NCBI GenBank assembly: GCA_945861245.1
Contig: CAMAUE010000009.1
Span: 60-64,059 of the forward strand
DNA: 64,000 nt
Origin: Singulisphaera sp. GP187
Lineage (GTDB): Bacteria > Planctomycetota > Planctomycetia > Gemmatales > Gemmataceae
Direction: 5' to 3'
Part shown: positions 61,201 to 64,000 of the stretch, piece after piece
Layout: each line of letters opens with the position of its first letter
Position numbering within the stretch: position 1 is the first letter of the stretch
The notes under the pieces: generated by a model
Database searches by the model: none
What the model saw: only the letters and a program-made list of their open reading frames with translations
What the model was told of the DNA's origin: nothing
Translations under genes and position numbers: made by a program

Positions 61201-62295
61201 ATGCCGATTTCCGATGATTTCTTGCTCACGTTGCTGAAAGCGTGTGAATCGCTGACGCCAAAGCCGTTGGTTCCGAGGCAATACGCCGAGGAACAAAAGC
61301 TGGAGCGAGGCCAGGTCGACGCTGGACTGGATGAGTTGCGTGGCCGAGGATTGGTAAACCTCACGGAATGGATGCCTGACATTGGTCAGGGAGTAGTGCT
61401 CACCGAATACGGGCTCGCTGCGCTAAAGGAAGGACGCGTCCCGAAGGGCAGGGTGGCGCCAACCGCGGACGCACAATCCATTCGCGATGACGTTGACGAT
61501 GACGACTCCGGTCGAAGCGAAGCGATACGGCAAACCCTGCTCGCCGCGCACCGCGCGCCGGCCATGCGCGTGCTGTTCGCACTTATCCTCGCCTATTTCT
61601 TCGTTGGCGCCGTCTACGCCCTCTACTACGACCTGTCGATCGACGATTATCTGTTGGGAAATGGCAGAAAATCCAACCGCGTACTAATCGATCTCGGAGC
61701 CTTGCACCCTACTTTGGTGGTGCGCGAAGGCGGTCCGGCTCGGCCTCAGTTTGAACGCATTGTGCTCTTTACATTCTTGCACATCGGCGGCTTGCACCTC
61801 TTCATGAATCTCTACTTCCTCAACACGCTTGGTCGAATAGTCGAAACAATCTGGGGGACTTGGCGATTCGTCGCCATCTACGCCATATCAGGCGTCGTCA
61901 GCGGATGTGCAGTTCTTCTGATTACCATCGCCCAAACGTCCGATTACGGGCAAATGCCAATCACGGCTGGAGCGTCGGGGTGCATGTACGGCATCTTCGT
62001 GTCGATGATCGTGTGGTTCTCGATGAACTATCGGTATCTGCCAGATAACCTCGTTGAAGCCTGGTCTCGTTCGCTGAGAATAAATACTATCCTGCTCATC
62101 GCCATCAATTTCCTGCCGAGTGTCAGCTGGCAGGGACATTTCGGCGGCGCTGTCGGCGGGTTCTTGGCGGCGTACCTGTTGCATGTGCATCGGCATCACG
62201 CAACCTCGGCCATTCGTCGGCTCGCGCTGCTGACGTTGCCGATTGTACCGATCGCGTTTTTCATTGCCGTGCTATACGCGACGGGTTGGTTGTGA
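61201..62295 (+). CDS. Rhomboid-family intramembrane serine protease with an N-terminal cytoplasmic domain
   Basis: FLHIGGLHLFMNLYFL (HxxxN), GASGCMYGIF (GxSG), GHFGGAVGGFL (catalytic His helix). Start uncertain (ATG 61126, 61168 or 61201). The track start 60874 overlaps the HAD gene antisense. Confidence 0.85.
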   Translation: MPISDDFLLTLLKACESLTPKPLVPRQYAEEQKLERGQVDAGLDELRGRGLVNLTEWMPDIGQGVVLTEYGLAALKEGRVPKGRVAPTADAQSIRDDVDDDDSGRSEAIRQTLLAAHRAPAMRVLFALILAYFFVGAVYALYYDLSIDDYLLGNGRKSNRVLIDLGALHPTLVVREGGPARPQFERIVLFTFLHIGGLHLFMNLYFLNTLGRIVETIWGTWRFVAIYAISGVVSGCAVLLITIAQTSDYGQMPITAGASGCMYGIFVSMIVWFSMNYRYLPDNLVEAWSRSLRINTILLIAINFLPSVSWQGHFGGAVGGFLAAYLLHVHRHHATSAIRRLALLTLPIVPIAFFIAVLYATGWL

Positions 62296-62306
62296 TTCGC
62301 GAATGA

Positions 62307-63170
62307 TCAGCCAACGCCGAACACCTTCGCGGGTTGCAATCGCCCCTCGATTGGCGTCACGAGCGCGACGAATTCGCCGGCATCGTCAACGACTGCACTC
62401 TCCTCGGTGCAGCCATACGGATTTGCGATGGTCTGCCCCATTCGCAGTTTTCGCGTGTCGTCAGCGGATAGCACGATCGGCGGCGTATCCTGCACCGCGT
62501 GCCAGGCAGGCAGCATGCGTTGGATCGCCGTGTCTGCTGGCGTGTCGATAGCCAATGCCTCCGCTTCGGTGAACTTGCCTATTGCGGTTCGACGGAGCGA
62601 AGCGATCAATCCGCCGCAGCCGAGCGCCAAGCCGAGATCGCGGGCGATGGAACGGATGTACGTGCCCTTGCCACAGTGCACGACGATGTCCAGTTGCGGG
62701 AACTCGTATCGCTCGATGTCGATCTGATGCACAGTCACCAGGCGTGGCTGTAGCTCGAACTCGTGGCCTTTGCGGGCGAGGGCGTATGCACGCCGACCGC
62801 CGACATGGGCCGCGGAGTAGGCCGGCGGCACCTGCTGAATTTTGCCGATAAACGCTCTGAGCGCCTGTTCGATCGTACTACGATCGGGTGGGCAGGGATT
62901 TGCATTGGGTGTGATGACGCCATCGGCATCGTCGGTATCGGAAGTCGCGCCGAGCAGGATGCCGGCGCGATACGTTTTCGGCATCCGCTGAACGTATTCC
63001 ATGAGCCGTGTCGCCGAGCCGATGCAAAGCACCAAAACGCCAGTCGCGAGCGGATCAAGCGTACCAGCATGCCCGATGCGAGTGCCGCGATGGAACCATT
63101 TTTGAGCGCGGTCCACTGCCGTGCGCGAGGTGATTCCAATAGGTTTATCGACAACCAGAAGTCCGTTCAC
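62307..63170 (-). CDS. truB: tRNA pseudouridine(55) synthase
   Basis: NGLLVVDKPIGITSRTAV ... IGHAGTLDPLATGVLVLCIGSATRL (catalytic Asp motif). GTG 63170 has GGAGG 9 nt upstream and is preferred over the track's TTG 63191. Confidence 0.9.
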   Translation of the reverse strand: MNGLLVVDKPIGITSRTAVDRAQKWFHRGTRIGHAGTLDPLATGVLVLCIGSATRLMEYVQRMPKTYRAGILLGATSDTDDADGVITPNANPCPPDRSTIEQALRAFIGKIQQVPPAYSAAHVGGRRAYALARKGHEFELQPRLVTVHQIDIERYEFPQLDIVVHCGKGTYIRSIARDLGLALGCGGLIASLRRTAIGKFTEAEALAIDTPADTAIQRMLPAWHAVQDTPPIVLSADDTRKLRMGQTIANPYGCTEESAVVDDAGEFVALVTPIEGRLQPAKVFGVG

Positions 63171-63223
63171 CGCTTCGCTCCTCCGATACAATACGGACGC
63201 CCCGAAAACATCGCGAGGTTCGC

Positions 63224-64000
63224 ATGGCCCGGCCTGAATTGTGTGTCATCTTCAATCCGACGGCCGGCAAGCATCGCGGTCGTCAGAGGCTCGAGCAAAT
63301 CCGCCAAACTTGGGGCGCTGAGGTTGCGTTTCGGCCCACAACGCATCCTGGCCATGCCGTCGAACTGGCGGAATCGGCGGCCCGTGAGGGCATCCCCGTT
63401 GTCGCCGCTGCGGGGGGTGATGGCACAGCCCATGAAGTGCTCAATGGGCTTATGAGCGTTCGCAATCCCGATATCGCCTTTAGCATCATCCCGATCGGCT
63501 CCGCCAACGACTACGCCTTCAGCCTCGGTCTCGATCCGAAACATCCGCCGGCGCCGCGACACGTCGATGTCGGTTGCGTGAATCTTCCCGACGGCAAACG
63601 GGGCTATTTTGGCTGCTGCCTCGGCACGGGATTCAATGGCCGAGTGACCTGGGAATCACGCAAAATCCGTCGCCTTCAGGGTGTCTTCCTGTACGGATTG
63701 GCGGCGATTCGGTCGCTCATGTACCATTACGAATATCCGCCGGTGTCGGTCCGCATTGACGACGAACCCGCCCAAACCGTGCCGACGTTAATGTTCAGCG
63801 CCCTTCTTGGCAAGCGCGAAGGCGGTTTCACGCTCGCACCGCAGGCGTTGATTGACGACGGCTGGTTCGACTACGTCCATGCCGAGGATTTGACGCGCTG
63901 GCAGATTCTGCAATTCTTGCCTCGGCTGGCGTTGTTCGGGCCGCCCGCATCGTATCCGAAGCTGCGTCAAGGGAAATGCCGGCGCATCGTGTTGCAGTCC
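63224..64000 (+). CDS. Diacylglycerol/lipid kinase family protein (YegS/BmrU-like), 3'-truncated by the window end; absent from the ORF track
   Basis: Own translation from ATG 63224: MARPELCVIFNPTAGKHRGRQRLEQIRQTW...VVAAAGGDGTAHEVLNGLM...IIPIGSANDYAFSLG. The 259 codons are open to nt 64000. NP.aG and GGDGT motifs of the DAGK catalytic domain. Confidence 0.8.
   Translation, partial: MARPELCVIFNPTAGKHRGRQRLEQIRQTWGAEVAFRPTTHPGHAVELAESAAREGIPVVAAAGGDGTAHEVLNGLMSVRNPDIAFSIIPIGSANDYAFSLGLDPKHPPAPRHVDVGCVNLPDGKRGYFGCCLGTGFNGRVTWESRKIRRLQGVFLYGLAAIRSLMYHYEYPPVSVRIDDEPAQTVPTLMFSALLGKREGGFTLAPQALIDDGWFDYVHAEDLTRWQILQFLPRLALFGPPASYPKLRQGKCRRIVLQS

Noticed and set aside
1-64000. Scan for tRNA, rRNA, CRISPR arrays, integrases/transposases and prophage genes
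   Set aside because: I found no T-arm/anticodon-arm-like structures, rRNA-like segments, spaced direct repeats or recombinase motifs. The only transposase-like protein is the Rpn/PD-(D/E)XK family member, which has no element ends around it.

Overview
64-kb chromosomal segment, about 58-60% G+C by eye. It is most likely from a Planctomycetota genome. That guess is inference from a DUF1559/H-X9-DG protein, LExRxxPS-type N-termini on secreted proteins, and dense families of intergenic palindromic repeats. I support about 50 protein-coding genes. I saw no rRNA, tRNA, CRISPR array, transposase or integrase. The backbone is housekeeping and envelope genes: hisH-hisA, truB, purine nucleoside phosphorylase, GDP-fucose synthase, EF-G-like and DRG-like GTPases, a prepilin peptidase, two ABC exporters, an S8 peptidase and an FHA-GAF histidine kinase. 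Small accessory modules are interspersed: a RelE/XRE pair, a MazEF pair and a PD-(D/E)XK Rpn-like nuclease. The most system-like candidates, none assignable from sequence alone, are: (i) a lower-GC cassette at nt 1-3708, made of the C-terminal domain of a large 5'-truncated protein (candidate Cys-His-Asp enzyme) plus two tandem exported beta-propeller paralogues with mosaic end-conservation, which resembles a polymorphic toxin/immunity layout; (ii) a translationally coupled ECF sigma / anti-sigma / giant thioester alpha-2-macroglobulin operon (3765-11433); (iii) a short RavA/MoxR-like AAA+ ATPase plus a VWA-like partner with a variant MIDAS motif, bracketed by inverted copies of an 87-89 bp palindrome (15017-17863). 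Other points: at least six families of palindromic repeats, one showing compensatory stem substitutions; a secreted NPF/Q/N-repeat protein; a 2-nt frame disruption at the mazF start; a coding-looking 51-codon tail behind an in-frame TAG; and catalytic-residue substitutions in the EF-G-like, DRG-like and glutamine-amidotransferase-like proteins. Two CDSs run off the window ends and are missing or shortened in the ORF track (nt 2-1648 and 63224-64000). All family calls are by eye from motifs; no searches were run.
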